From NCBI GenBank assembly GCA_951406725.2, contig OX597820.1:95480001-95544000 (forward strand): a stretch of DNA of 64,000 nucleotides. Reading direction: 5' to 3'. The notes under the pieces are model-generated. The model had not been told where the DNA came from. It ran no database searches and saw only the letters and a program-made list of their open reading frames with translations. A program made the translations under genes and the position numbers. Origin of the DNA: Octopus vulgaris (Eukaryota). Shown here piece by piece: positions 1 to 14,859 of the stretch (position 1 is its first letter; every line of letters begins with the position of its first letter).

Positions 1-77
1 GGGTTGATTCGGGGTTAACCACAGTAAGTAAGGTACTCAATACATAGCAGAGTAAAATTAATTTATTATATAGAAGG

Positions 78-128
78 AGCTTCTACAGGACTAGTACTGT
101 TTCATTCAAGAGAAATCTTCAGGAAGCT
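78..128 (-). ncRNA. Minimal type I hammerhead ribozyme (mirror copy)
   Basis: Exact reverse complement of the motif at 3705-3755. Confidence 0.75.
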
Positions 129-509
129 ATTTAACAAGAATTGTATTAGCATTTATACATTTAGGCAGGTTTAAAGGAGTGGTGGTGGGGGACTTTTTGG
201 GGGTAGGCATAGCGCAAAATATCATACTTGGGGGAGTGGTCAAGGAGTCAGTGGTAAGTTAGATGAAAGAATAGATAAATAAAAAAATAAAAAAATAAAA
301 AATAAAAAAATAAAATAAAATAAAAAAATAAAAAAATAAAAAATATAAAAAATATATATAAAAAAATATATATATAAAATATATATATAAAAAAATATAT
401 ATATAAAAAAAGGGGGGATAGAGTTATAGGTAAATAAGGAGATTCTCACTTATACCTATACACACATGTATACGTATCTACACACACATACATACATACA
501 CATATATAT

Positions 510-552
<43 letters not shown>

Positions 553-1005
553 CCTACACATACACACATACGTACATACAAATATACATATACATATATA
601 TATATATACAATCCAATACAGGCCCATTCCCTAATTTTAATTTTATTATCTTCATTTATTACTTTTGTTATCTTTGATCGCTAGGGCTAAGAATCCTGGC
701 AATGGCTGCATGTCCATTTGTCTGTCTACTAGAAGGCAAGTACTCATTCCCGCACGCACACTCATTAGCACGTACATTCACCCATTCGTACACTCATACA
801 CATACACGTACGCACGCGTTATATTCATACATACAAACATCTACATACGTTCACGTATATACACATACGTACTCGTACCTACAGATTCGTGTCTACACTT
901 TAGGAGGCTAGTCTATACATATACACCAATAAATATACATATATATATATATACACGCATATACATACACACACACACATATATACTCCTACATACAGAT
1001 ACATA

Positions 1006-1057
<52 letters not shown>

Positions 1058-1547
1058 CATACACATACACACATACATATACACACACATACATACACAT
1101 ATATATACATACACAAACATATATACACACATATATATATACATACACACATACACACATACATACGTATACATACATACATACATCCATACATCCATAC
1201 TTACATGCATTTATACGCATACACACACCCATCTATATGTATGTATATATATATATATATATATACACACTCACACATACATATAAATCTACGCACACAC
1301 ATACATACATACACGTATACGCATACACGCACATACACATATACATGCGTACCCATGCACGTGCACACACGCACGCGCATCCATATATATACACACACAC
1401 ACATATATATATACACGTGTGCAAGCATACATACATACTCATACGCGCACACATACTTACAAATACATATATGCACACACTTACACACATATATATACAT
1501 ACACATATACATGCATACATACATATATGCATACATACACACACGCA

Positions 1548-1589
<42 letters not shown>

Positions 1590-1652
1590 TATATACATAT
1601 ATAGATATATATACACATACATACACATACACATACATACACACATATACAC

Positions 1653-1687
<35 letters not shown>

Positions 1688-1877
1688 TACATATATACAC
1701 ATATACATACATATACATACACACACACATACATATATACATATACACTGATACACATACCCATACATACACATGCATATACTTATATCACTACATACTC
1801 ACATATATAAACATATATACATATACACACATACATATATACATGTACATACACATACGTATGCATATATATATATG

Positions 1878-1910
<33 letters not shown>

Positions 1911-2147
1911 GCATATATATATATATGTATATATATATATGTGTATATATATATGTATATATATATATATGCATACGTATGTGTATGTACATGTATATAT
2001 GTATGTGTGTATATGTATATATGTTTATATATGTGAGTATGTAGTGATATAAGTATATGCATGTGTATGTATGGGTATGTGTATCAGTGTATATGTATAT
2101 ATGTATGTGTGTGTGTATGTATATGTATGTATATGTGTATATATGTA

Positions 2148-2180
<33 letters not shown>

Positions 2181-2231
2181 GTGTATATGTGTGTATGTAT
2201 GTGTATGTGTATGTATGTGTATATATATCTA

Positions 2232-2289
<58 letters not shown>

Positions 2290-2779
2290 TGCGTGTGTGT
2301 ATGTATGCATATATGTATGTATGCATGTATATGTGTATGTATATATATGTGTGTAAGTGTGTGCATATATGTATTTGTAAGTATGTGTGCGCGTATGAGT
2401 ATGTATGTATGCTTGCACACGTGTATATATATATGTGTGTGTGTATATATATGGATGCGCGTGCGTGTGTGCACGTGCATGGGTACGCATGTATATGTGT
2501 ATGTGCGTGTATGCGTATACGTGTATGTATGTATGTGTGTGCGTAGATTTGTATATGTATGTGTGAGTGTGTATATATATATATATATATATACATATAT
2601 ATAGATGGGTGTGTGTATGCGTATAAATGCATGTAAGTATGGATGTATGGATGTATGTATGTATGTATACGTATGTATGTGTGTATGTGTGTATGTATAT
2701 ATATATGTGTGTATATATGTTTGTGTATGTATATATATGTGTATGTATGTGTGTGTATATGTATGTGTGTATGTGTATG

Positions 2780-2827
<48 letters not shown>

Positions 2828-3278
2828 TATGTATCTGTATGTAGGAGTATATATGTGTGTGTGTGTATGTATATGCGGGTATATATATATATATGTATAT
2901 TTATTGGTGTATATGTATAGACTAGCCTCCTAAAGTGTAGACACGAATCTGTAGGTACGAGTACGTATGTGTATATACGTGAACGTATGTAGATGTTTGT
3001 ATGTATGAATATAACGCGTGCGTACGTGTATGTGTATGAGTGTACGAATGGGTGAATGTACGTGCTAATGAGTGTGCGTGCGGGAATGAGTACTTGCCTT
3101 CTAGTAGACAGACAAATGGACATGCAGCCATTGCCAGGATTCTTAGCCCTAGCGATCAAAGATAACAAAAGTAATAAATGAAGATAATAAAATTAAAATT
3201 AGGGAATGGGCCTGTATTGGATTGTATATATATATATGTATATGTATATTTGTATGTATGTATGTGTGTATGTGTAGG

Positions 3279-3323
<45 letters not shown>

Positions 3324-3704
3324 ATATATATGTGTATGTATGTATGTGTGTGTAGATACGTATACATGTGTGTATAGGTATAAGTGAGAATCTCCTTATT
3401 TACCTATAACTCTATCCCCCCTTTTTTTATATATATATTTTTTTATATATATATTTTATATATATATTTTTTTATATATATTTTTTATATTTTTTATTTT
3501 TTTATTTTTTTATTTTATTTTATTTTTTTATTTTTTATTTTTTTATTTTTTTATTTATCTATTCTTTCATCTAACTTACCACTGACTCCTTGACCACTCC
3601 CCCAAGTATGATATTTTGCGCTATGCCTACCCCCAAAAAGTCCCCCACCACCACTCCTTTAAACCTGCCTAAATGTATAAATGCTAATACAATTCTTGTT
3701 AAAT

Positions 3705-3755
3705 AGCTTCCTGAAGATTTCTCTTGAATGAAACAGTACTAGTCCTGTAGAAGCT
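3705..3755 (+). ncRNA. Minimal type I hammerhead ribozyme, Penelope-type
   Basis: AGCTTC-CTGAAGA-tTTCtcttGAAt-GAAAC-AG-tactagtc-CT-GTA-GAAGCT: 6-bp stem I, intact CUGAnGA and GAAA core, stem III with palindromic ACTAGT loop, GUA cleavage triplet. Confidence 0.78.
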
Positions 3756-3766
3756 CCTTCTATATA

Positions 3767-3820
<54 letters not shown>

Positions 3821-4140
3821 ATATACATAATACGCACATACACAAAGAGAGAGAAGCATAGAGAGAGAAACTCCGATACATATATCTGCATTTATAATGC
3901 ACACGTGCACCTACACACGTACGCACCCCTCCACACACACACACGCTCGCACACACTCACATTCACACACGCGCGCACACACACACACGCACACACACAC
4001 ACGCATACACACACACACACACACACAGATATTCACGGTTACGTTCTAATTTATTATTTATAAATGTTTTCCACTTGTCTGCACATCAGACCCTTATAAT
4101 TCGTTTGGAAGAATAAAGTTCTTAAATTAATCTTTATCAA

Positions 4141-4175
4141 CGTCCACAGACTATCTCAGCCTCATCTTCAGGACG
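4141..4175 (-). other. Degenerate hammerhead remnant
   Basis: Minus strand reads CGTC-CTGAAGA-tgAGGCTgagatAGTCT-gtg-GACG: stem I and stem II present, GAAAC/stem III missing. Confidence 0.3.
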
Positions 4176-4882
4176 TGGTGTGATTTTGGCTTTAGTGCTG
4201 TCATTTTAATGATTAGGTGGAAGTGCTTATGCTTATATTTATACCGATTCTGTTGCTAGAATGTGGCCGTTAGATCGTTATATCTCATTGGAAATGCAGA
4301 TGTGGCGTGTAAAAAATAAAATCTGAAGCTATCCTCGGAGTAATCTGATGTCAGGATGCAAAGGTAGTGAATTACATACAGTAACTAATTCGATCTAAGT
4401 TTGTTACTCATTTCTCCAGGATCGATAAAATGAGTATCTGCAATAGAAGGAAACCGGTCCAATCGACCAACTGCATCCATTGTCTGCCATACAATATTGG
4501 CATTGAACATAGTGTAAAAAGAATTTAATAACATCAGTATAAAGTATTAAAACACTTGCACTCGCCGGAAATATAGCTACAGCAGCAGTGGCAGAAGTAG
4601 CAGCAACCGCAGCTATTACGCCACCGATAAATATAGCAGCAATACCTGCACCAAGCAACAGTATCCGCAGTAAAAATAAAATCATTAAATAAAGCATTAT
4701 CCAGTACACAGTAGCGGCCAGCATTCTATCATTGTTGGTGGTGTTGTGTGATTGTTCGGACTATACGTGCAAATACTTTTGTATTTGCAAGCTTTATTCT
4801 GTCGAAATGAAAAACATGAACGCTGTCAAATACACGGTGTCATTTAACAACACAACGGAAATTATCGAGTGCGTGAGCATGT

Positions 4883-4947
<65 letters not shown>

Positions 4948-5035
4948 AAAGTAAGGGACAAAAATTCGCATACATAAATTACACACACATACAGAGAAAA
5001 AACACAGCTGTGGGCATAAACATAAACTTAATTAC

Positions 5036-5221
5036 CTGGCATAGGCTGACACATAATTGGTGGCCTGGAAGCCATGATATCTCTGTTGTCTGGCTGGATA
5101 TAGTCCTCAAGATGTTCTATAGTGGCAGGTGGAAGTTCCGTCATATTATAGTCCATTTCTGGTCTGAATTTACCTTCCAGGATGTCAACAGCCACGCCGT
5201 AGTGAAGAATTGAACCATTTA
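5036..5221 (-). CDS. Internal coding exon (186 bp, phase 1/1) of an unidentified gene
   Basis: Acceptor ttttatttttatttatacAG, donor CAG|GTAATT, unique non-repetitive sequence; open frame NGSILHYGVAVDILEGKFRPEMDYNMTELPPATIEHLEDYIQPDNRDIMASRPPIMCQPMP. Confidence 0.7.
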
Positions 5222-5455
5222 CTGTATAAATAAAAATAAAATTATAACATAACTTTGTTAGTTTCCAGTCAAAGATAAATCAATTCACAATAAAGAAAAA
5301 AAAATATGGATTAGAAAGAAACATAATCATGTTTAATTTATAGAACTTTTTGCCTAATATGTTAAATTACAAAAACATTAATTTAACCGTATGCCATATA
5401 TTGTGATGTGCTGAAACTTTATGATTGAGTAAGTAAAGTGTAAGAGCTTTGATCT

Positions 5456-5675
5456 TTTAAAAAATTATTTTATATGCTTCAGTTATTGGACTACGGCCAT
5501 GTTGAGGCACGCCTTTGACGGCTTTCATCTAACAAATCGACCCCAGTATTTATTCTTTCTAAATCTGACACTTTTTCTACCCATAATTTATGAGGACCTA
5601 AACAAACCAACACCGGCTGTCAAGCAGTGTGAGTATAACACAAAATACGCACACACACACACATACATACACACA

Positions 5676-5739
<64 letters not shown>

Positions 5740-5860
5740 AAGGTTTTTTGCCACATAGTATCTGTCGACCAAATTCACTCACAATGCATTGGTCGATCCG
5801 GGGCTATAGTAAAAGAAACTTATCTAAGGCGCTGCACAATGGTACAGAATTAGAAATCAT
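5456..5860 (-). mobile_element. Diverged tRNA-derived SINE (family D, CORE-like) with internal (CA)n
   Basis: Similar to the intact copy at 31951-32338 (ttcagttattggactacggccatg...aatcgacccc...ggctatagtaaaagaaact). Confidence 0.65.
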
Positions 5861-8110
5861 GGGGTTGAAGAAAAGAAATATCAGGTGACATCTATACTGA
5901 GATGATGTAATTGATCAAACATTTCGAAGTGGTTCTCTTGTGTGATCGCAGCTCAATGAATGAAACTAGTTTCTAATTGAGGCACAAGGTCAGTCTAATA
6001 ATAGTTAAGGCACAACGTCGGTTATTTGTAGAGAGGGATTGAGTTGGCACTGTCAACCCACCCCCTTGTATGTGTGTTTGTGTGTGTGTGTGTGTCTTTT
6101 GTGTGTTTGTGTGTACGTTTAGGGTGTGATAGATAAACCTTTCATATTTTACAAGGCTGTTAGTGTAGTGCTAGTGAAGTTAGGCAAATGATAATGATGT
6201 CTTCATATAGCTAATGTTTCATCCTTTTTTTCCAGTTACCATCATGGTTTGATCTGGTGCACACAGTACGTTTGTAGTCGAAACGTTTGTCAATAATGGT
6301 GAGTCTGAGTCTTTTTCTGCCATTCCCTGTATGTACAGCCTTCCACGCTCCGTCGCCTGAAGTGCTCTTACAAGGTGTTGGTCTGTTCAAGACTGTGACA
6401 GAAGATACTTGCCAAAAGTACTGCACAAATCAGTCCATCTCGGTACCTCGTGGTTGATAAGTGAATTTCTTTTTATCACATAGCCATGCATCCATCCGTA
6501 GCTGTATATATAAAAGGAGTCCGTCACGTATGATTTATAGTACAAAATATTTATATCTTTGTGAGCTGTAGTTGGGCATGTCGAGAGCTTTTACAAATAT
6601 GTGAATTTTGAAACCAACGGTGTCATGTTATCATTTCTCAGATGTTCTAAGTTTTAGTGTTTAGGAACATAATGACACGCACATATATACTTATATGATT
6701 GAATGTGACATAACATGCATATGTGTTGATGTGTGTGTAGGTGAATGTATGAGCATATCTTGCCTTACGTGTTAATCGTTTAATTTGCCGAAAAAAATAC
6801 AGTGCTCTAAATGGTAGAATAACATCAAATGCATGCCCTCATTTCAAATATATCTAGGACTGATAAAGTAATTAACCTTAAAGTGCTGACAGTTGATTCA
6901 AGCAGATCAAGAAATGTATTGATTTGTGCCTACGTAAGTAATTGATGTGTTTTATCTCTGATTTACTGTGGAAACTTGCCACTCGGGTTCCATTCTCATT
7001 AGTTCATACAAGTTTCATAAAACAAGGCTCTTATCTTGATACAGGTCTACCACAGTTATACTGTTAATGCCATCGTAAAAAAATCGTCGGTGAGGAGTCC
7101 TTTACGTGTTTCTTTGACCTTCAAGAAGTGGCAGCTAATTTCTCTTAAATCACGCACTATTATTTTATAGATGGCAAACTGAATAATTCGATCATGGGTG
7201 TTCCGTGTGTAAGAAGACCGGATGATTTTTGGTTAGAATGCATTAGATCATAGGTCCGTCTACTCCTTGAGAGCTAACGTGGAGCTAAGTAAATTCAACA
7301 TGAACATAATTCCACATTTTCGTCTTAGTTTTAAGCTAGAATGTTTCCAATCAAAAGAAACTGCTGAAACTACTTATGATACCTCTATACAATATTACAT
7401 TAATAATAATTATATTACCATATAATATATAAAAATCAATTATTTTTTTTGTCATATGATTAAATTTAAATATTGTGCAATTTCAGAGATTTGAATAGAA
7501 GCGAGAATTTATTTAATTTTTATTACTCATTGGCGCCTTTGGAAATGGAAAATTTCAGATGGGATTTTAAATCGACTTTCTATGAATAGAAATCTTATTA
7601 ACATTTGCGAAAATGCATTATCAACATTTTTCAAAAATTATTTGATACAATGAATATATTTCAACTAACGACATTGAATGCCATTTCATATTAATTCACT
7701 CATCACATCTAACAATGGATATAACTATGCCTAGAGCACAATTTATTGCAACAGTCATTTAAATTTTAAATATTTAACTTGCCGGCATATTCCTATTATA
7801 CTCATAAAATGAAAACAATATTCATCTAACCTCACACGCTGCAATGTTATCTTAATTCATAACCAAGATTTTTGAGTAGAAAAAGAAGTGAAGATGTTCA
7901 TTATTTTTCTGTATACAGGAATATAGACATTGCAATATTTCCCATCTAAGTTAATATTTCGAGGTTTACTTGAGGCAGCCTTATTCTTTTCGTGTCCTTA
8001 GTGCCAGCTATGTCGGCCATTTTGTTTTATATGGTAACATTCGTACCTCGAATTTATATAAGCCACATCCTTATTATGTAAGCGCATTGTTATTAAATAA
8101 GCCAATCTTT

Positions 8111-8327
8111 TATCTTTTACTTTCTTCATGACTGCGGCCATGCTGGGACACCATCTTAAACGATTTAGTCGAACAAGTTAATACTTTACTTTTTCTGAAG
8201 TCTGACACTTATTCTGTCTCTTCACCCTCGAGCCGCTATGTTACGGGGACAGGCAAATCTTGCAGTCAGGCTGTTATGACTGATAAACGCTAACATGAAG
8301 ACACACATACATAGGTGTATACATATG

Positions 8328-8412
<85 letters not shown>

Positions 8413-8580
8413 ATGTCTGTCTGTAAATGTACGACGAGCTTCTTTCAATTTCCGTCTACCAAATCCACTTACATGGCTTTGGTGAGTCTGGGGCTACAGT
8501 AGAAGACCCTTGCGCAAGATATCACGCCATAGAACTGAACCCGATATCATGTGGCTACTTACTACATAGCCATACCCACA
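8111..8580 (-). mobile_element. Diverged family D SINE with internal TCTA/TCTG microsatellite
   Basis: gactgcggccatgctgg...tttccgtctaccaaatccact...gtagaagacccttgc matches 31951-32338. Confidence 0.7.
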
Positions 8581-8614
8581 CCTACATACATACATACATA
8601 CATACACACACATA

Positions 8615-8703
<89 letters not shown>

Positions 8704-10657
8704 TCCATTGGATCCTGAAATAAAAATCATATTCAATCCATGATGTGGTATTTGAAATAATTCATTTTTGTCCCTTTTACCTGCAATATGTAAGCTGAGT
8801 TGACCGTAGTCTGATACCAAAAGAAAATAACCACCGCAACTGAGATGGTTTATAATTTCATTTGAATTGAGATCAATTTGAAGGAAATTTACCAACTATT
8901 TCTAGCATGTTGAACAATTACATGAGATGCCCTCTCGTTGATGCTATAATTATCAATTTATAATCAGTGGCGTTGGTTTTAGCTCATTACTGATTATTTC
9001 TGGTTGGATTTGTAATCAAGTTTGACAGTAACTACATCATCGTTTGTATTGACACAGAGTTTTCTTTAATTTAAACATCAATCAGCTTAACTGGAGTTTT
9101 CTGAATTAATTTTTATCTGGTACAAGGACAAGAACTGATACTGCTTAAAAATAAATACATAATAAAATTTTAAAAAAAAGCAAAAGGAAGAGCTACTTAG
9201 TACATTAAGGATTTTTTAAAAAACTAAAACTACTTATCCAGTAGTCAAGTTTGACAAAGGTCGTGACAAGAGCAATTAATGACTGTCAACATTTAAGCTT
9301 TTAACCATTCATGCATTATGCTAGTTTCTATCCTATCATACTCACTGCCTTGAGCTCTCGAATAAAACTCTCCAGCCTTCTTTCTGAAATTAATTACAGC
9401 ATTTGCAACTTTGTGAGAAGTGAAGCAGATGAACTACCAAAGTATTAATCTATCAACCAGCTTGTTTAAATTTGATGCATATGGTGCGTTATGCTTCTGA
9501 AGGAGGCCACTTAAATCTTCATGTATCGATTCACTTCACTGAAGCAATGCCGGAAAGTTCCAGTAAATGATTTATCTACAGAGTAATCAGGTGTTTCTTT
9601 GATTTTGTAATTCTTTTCCTTTTGGTAAGATGGATGATTTTGTCTATTCAACTGGTCTATTCAAGAACTGGTCTATTCAAGGATTAAATATCATGGCTAC
9701 AGATACATCGTATTGCCTGTAACAGTGTTCAAAACGCCGATCTTTCAGTTGACTTTTGGAGGCAGCCTAACAACAATAAGCACTCTCCCAGATATCGTTT
9801 CACGTTCATTAAATTTTATTATCTTTAATATTTAAGTAATTTTTTAAAGTAGATAAACTAAATAGAATATAGGGCTGTCAGATAAATTTTTTTCTACTTG
9901 CAACACCATCATCGTATATTTGAAAAGAGGGAATATTTATTCAAATATCAAAAAAGATAAACAATGGTTATAGGGAAAGAAAAGAGCTACAAAAATCTTC
10001 ATAAAACACTACGATAAAATATTTTCCGTGTTAAATCCAATAACATTGGAATAGACTAAAATAAATGAAATGAAAAAAGGAACGAATATATTTATATGGC
10101 AACATTGTATTTAGTATACTTAGATACTGCAGCCAATGGCCATTTGATCAGTGAGACTTATGTTTGTTATTTCCATATACCATATAACTCATTAATTCAA
10201 ACAGAAAACATTCTGTTAGCTCCTGGCAAGGAGAATCTGCTGCTCTTGTTTCCATATTCTTAAACCACTATTTTGTTTTTGTACGTTGATATGTTCTTAG
10301 GCAATCTCAATTTCTCTATGATAATAAAAATCAGTTTTTATTTTTTCGAAAGAAATCAATACTTCGCGGTTGTTTTTATTTATTTATTTAATAAACATCT
10401 CAAATGTATTTATTGAAGTAACATATGGAAAAAGCTACGGAAAATAACAAAATATTTAGTGATTGTATGCAAACTGAAAAAGAATTATAGAAAATTTTCA
10501 CACCAGAGAATGTAATTTTAAAATATAGAAGGAATGCCGAGCTTTTCCAAAACCAAAAATAAATCTTCATTTACAATTTAAACTTGTTCAAAATCCCGTT
10601 GAAGAAAATTGTATTTTATGTGCATTAATACAAATGCAACTAGCAAACGATAACTAA

Positions 10658-10695
<38 letters not shown>

Positions 10696-11339
10696 AATAT
10701 ATGTATATATATATATGCATACACACACATATGTAAAATGCATATATCCACAAACACACACAACGCACACAGAAATAAGCACGCACACATTCACACCCAT
10801 GGTGATCAGGTTTATGTCGAAGATTCCCCAAGAACGGTTTTTAACTTGAGTAAATATAAGACTAGCTTCTTATTCTCTTTGCGCACGCACACACACACAC
10901 GCACGCGCGCGCATTTTATAAGGAACTCGATCGGAATTTCCGACAACGAATTTTATTTGTTTTACTTAACTACGTGGCTCATTGAATTATGGTGTAAGTG
11001 ACTGACTTTTCCACATATAAAAATTCGTATATTCGCATCCAGGGTACAAGTTTGAATCACAATGATTTAAAAATACAGGCCCACCGACTGACCTCTTCAC
11101 AGTTTTGGTTTAACTAATTTAACTCACGATCTTCAAATTGATCCGATGTCATAGGATATGGCGTTTGCACAAGCTACCGCGCAGTGAGATTGAACTCAGA
11201 GACTCGTGGTTAGAAAGCGAACTCAACCATACTACACTTATGCATACATACATACATACATACATGCATGCATGCATGCATGCATACATACATACATACA
11301 TACATACATATCGACACATGCATTTTCTCTGTCTGTCTA

Positions 11340-11387
<48 letters not shown>

Positions 11388-11830
11388 ACATATCTATTTA
11401 GTCCCGGACTCACTTTTACAGAACTAATACCGTTGGAGAATTTTCCCAGAGTTGATTTTAATCATATCTCTAGTTTAAGTGATAAAAAGTGTGTATGCCG
11501 GCGTGGGAGAATTAAAGATATTTAAATTGTATAAGGTAATATGTGTTACTCTGGTAAGGGGGCCATTGTAAATTTAAAACAAAACATTTAAGATCTGAAA
11601 TTTTAAATGAAGCCGTTGATTTAGTAGCGGTTATAATTAAAAGTACATGAAGTTTGGACGCGCTTAAACAAAGGATAACAGGTTTTTTCATGATTAAAAA
11701 TGGAGAGTTTCAACTTGTGTAAAAAAATATAGGATACTCGAGCTAAATTTAACAGTTTGCCTGAAAGCAAAGAAAACACAAAATAATCAAAAGCAAAAAT
11801 CAACTAGATTATAACTGGAAGATAACACTT

Positions 11831-12450
11831 TACTCAAAGTAGCCGCCGTTGGCTTCCACTACAGCCTCAAGATGGTTCTGGAATCTGGTGTATGTGTTCC
11901 TCATTGCATTGCTGGGAAGATCTTCCGACATCTCCTTGGCGTTGCAGGCGGAGCAGTTGGTGTCTTTTTCAACCGCGCCCCACGCATAGTAATCTATGAG
12001 ATTACAATTGGAGGAATTAAACGGCCATAAACCGGGTCTGCTGAAGTCCTAGAAATTCTCCGAAAACCACTTCCGATTCTTTTCGGAGGTATGGCAAGGA
12101 GCCGAACCCTGCTGTTGCACATGTGGCTTTCCGGCAGCAACCTTCTCCAACCAAAATTTGACCAGTCTCCAGCAGCTTCACATAGCCGTCTGAATTGAGC
12201 CTCAGGCCATGTTAATCAATTGTTTGATGAATTCCTGTGTGCAGAGGCAGTCAGAAAGTCTGCCGTGTCTCTTCTTACTGGCCACAGTTCCGTAGTCTCC
12301 GTTGCAGCTGTCCATTTCCCACCTTAGAGCATTTACAGTGCTCACAGAGCTTAGGACAGCAGTTATAATGACAGCATTTTTATACCAGGTGCGAATCATC
12401 TTGATACAGGCAGCTCTTCTTCAGTATTCAGATTGCTTCTAGTCTTCCAT
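11831..12450 (-). pseudogene. Tc1/mariner-superfamily transposase remnant (DD37D-like)
   Basis: Minus-strand translation pieces QQGSAPCHTS...WFSENF...LWPFNSSNCNLIDYYAWGAVEK...RFQNHLEAVVEANGGYFE* resemble QQDxAPxH / WPPNSPDxNPLDY; disrupted by frameshift and stop. Confidence 0.75.
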
Positions 12451-13231
12451 GTCAGGTAACTTTTTCTTACCTACAACTGTCGATAGTTTGCCAATACAGC
12501 AAGATGTTCCCGAAAAAAAGGACGTAAAAATTTTCTTATTTAGCACGAACACCTGTGGAATAGATTACTCTATAAAGAATTTTGAATGGTAATAGTAAGT
12601 TATAAAGCTATGTTATTTTAATCCGATCTTTACGATTACTGTGTCTGGTGTATTGTGAATATATTAATTTAAAATGGGATTAAGCTAACGTAGCGGTTAG
12701 CTTAAAAGAATATTCGTTTGTCTAAACATTAATGACTTTAACTTAAAATTCTAGAGACTGATAGATCGAGGAGAGATATTCATTATATATTCTGTCTGTA
12801 ATATCTTTAAATGTACTAGTAAATGTCTTTGCATGGCTGGGAAGTTACGGTTAGACAGGTATACGTCGATATTGATAATGCTGCAATTTATTAAAAGATG
12901 CACGCATGTATGAAATATAATTCCTTACATCAAGGTTCTAGCCGGCCGAAAACAGTATAACCATAGACGGTAATATGGATTTCATAAATATAGTAATGTT
13001 GTATAAAAATATATTAAACCAGAAAGTAATATTAAAATAGGACACAGACGATTACGATAATGAGTTTTGTGTATTTTCTGTATTCTTATGTAAAGCAGAA
13101 AAACTGAAAAATGGAAGAGGCAGGGATCGTACAGATAGATGAACTGGACAGCGTACTGATTCTCGACGAAAGGAAAACGGCAAAATTATGTATCTGAAAA
13201 TTAAAAATCATATTGATGAAAAAGTAATGTA

Positions 13232-13338
13232 TATCGAAGTCGACCGCGGTGGAATTTGAACTCAGAACGTAGGGAATAGACGAAATGCCGCTAAGCATTT
13301 CGCCCGGCATGTTAACGATTCTGCTAGCTTGCCGCCTT
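13232..13338 (-). mobile_element. Family A (Nin/Deu-domain-like) SINE head fragment
   Basis: Reverse complement of ggcggcaagctagcagaatcgttaacatgccgggcgaaatgcttagcggcatttcg; matches the copy at 24919. Confidence 0.75.
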
Positions 13339-13381
13339 AATGATGATGATGATGATGAGGATGAGGATGAGGATGATGATG

Positions 13382-13432
<51 letters not shown>

Positions 13433-13479
13433 GTTATTAAAACACGGTTTAGTAGATACTGTTAATTTAATCGACTGCT

Positions 13480-13812
13480 CGCCACTCTACCCGGAAATCT
13501 GTCGGTTACGATGACGAGGAACAGACTGCTTATGAAATTAACATGCAAGTGACTGCTCATGAAATTAACATACAAGTGGCTGAGCACTCCACAGACACAT
13601 GTGCCCTTAACGTAGTTCTTAAGGAGATTCAACGTGATAGAAAATGCGACAAGGCTCACCCTTTGATTTACAAGTACAACTCATTTTTGCCAGCTGAGTG
13701 GACTGGAGCAATGTGAAATAAAGTGTCTTGCTGAAAGACACACAGCACTGCCATATATTGAACTCGCAAATTCTTACGATCGTGAGCCACGTACCCACAC
13801 CACTAAACCACC
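13480..13812 (-). mobile_element. SINE with head of 42050-type and tail of 19416-type
   Basis: Tail gtcggttacgatgacgag...ccacagacacatgtgcccttaacgtagtt shared with 19416; body tttttgccagctgagtggactggagcaa shared with 42050. Confidence 0.75.
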
Positions 13813-14265
13813 TTCATTTGTGATGAATTTTGCATACATCAGAAAGCATTGAAAAAGAGGAGACAGGTTAATAGAATAGATAAAGTGACGGATGAAAATA
13901 TATTTAGCTATGTCCTTTCATGTTCTTCGATGAAATCCTGTCGGAGTTGACGTTGTCTTTCAACCTTCCGAATTCGATAAAATAAATTCAATCAGGTAAT
14001 AGGATCGATTAAATCGACCGTAACCTTTTATGAAATTGTATGGCTTCGTTAGAAATCAATGTTGTTATTGCTATTATCTATTTTGCTTTGTTTAGATAAC
14101 TCTAGAGAAATCATCCTGCAAGGTATAGTAAATGTGACTATGAACCTTTGCACTTATTTTAATTCTATTAACTTATTTTAATTATATTAATCGATCTTCC
14201 AGGAAGAGCTATCTTTTGGATTTCACATTGGTTTCCTGTTTCGATTTCCAACTTTGTTTCCGATA

Positions 14266-14472
14266 TGAGGGAGTGCTGATAAGTTCCTGGTTTGAAGGGT
14301 ATTGCGAAAAGTTTGGTTGGAGGTCCAACCTTCCGAGTTCTTTTACAGAGCTTAGAAAAGCTGGAAGACCGTGTGTGAATTTGAAAGTGGAATATGTTAA
14401 ATAAAGTCATAATTAACTGATCCTCCTATATTTTCTTTTACCCAAAGCCAGGAACTTTTCAGCACCTCCTCG
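14266..14472 (+). mobile_element. Mariner-derived MITE with TIRs and TA target duplication
   Basis: TA-tgagggagtgctgataagttcctggttt ... aaagccaggaacttttcagcacctcctcg-TA; interior encodes a transposase-end-like CVNLKVEYVK*. Confidence 0.85.
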
Positions 14473-14859
14473 TATTCTACGTTTTTGATATCTTACTTTT
14501 TATAATGATATCGGGGGAAGTTGACTCCTATCACCTTTAGGAAATATTTATTTATATATCACAGATAATCACACAATTTTCATTGTTCAGAACTGTATAT
14601 AGAATGTTTGTATCGTTGTAGAATAACTGGGAACTTTGTTTCCTTACACATTCTCCATAGATGGGGGCTACCATCTTGTTTAGGCGCTTAATATCATCCG
14701 ACGCGGCTAGTTTGCGGCATCCATTGTGGATACGTTTGATGAACTCCTCAAACCGACTTGCATTTTGATATTCAGGTTTCCAATGTTGTCAGCTACATAC
14801 ACTCGTTTGTCTTTGGTGGACAACGTCAATTATAAAGCTTTCAGTTGTTTCTGTTTTAG

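Larger units (their letters stand above)
61..3772. repeat. About 3.7 kb palindrome (two ~1.85 kb inverted arms, centre ~1917 in a TA tract); arms look like the 3' region/pseudo-LTR of a Penelope-like element
   Basis: Mirror ORFs 240..449(-)/3384..3593(+) and 665(+)/3168(-) have coordinates summing to 3833. ATTTATTATATAGAAGGAGCTTC at 61 is the reverse complement of the sequence ending at 3772. Each outer end carries a hammerhead motif. Confidence 0.9.

Noticed and set aside
466-3387. Long Y/I/H/T/V/C-rich ORFs (also 42201-43669, 44127-44504, 55059-55723 and similar)
   Set aside because: Translations of stop-free TA/CA/TG microsatellites, not genes.
4404-4724. Hydrophobic Ala-rich 106-aa ORF
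   Set aside because: Derived from a degenerate (GCA)n-rich tract plus a SINE remnant; no splice or domain support.
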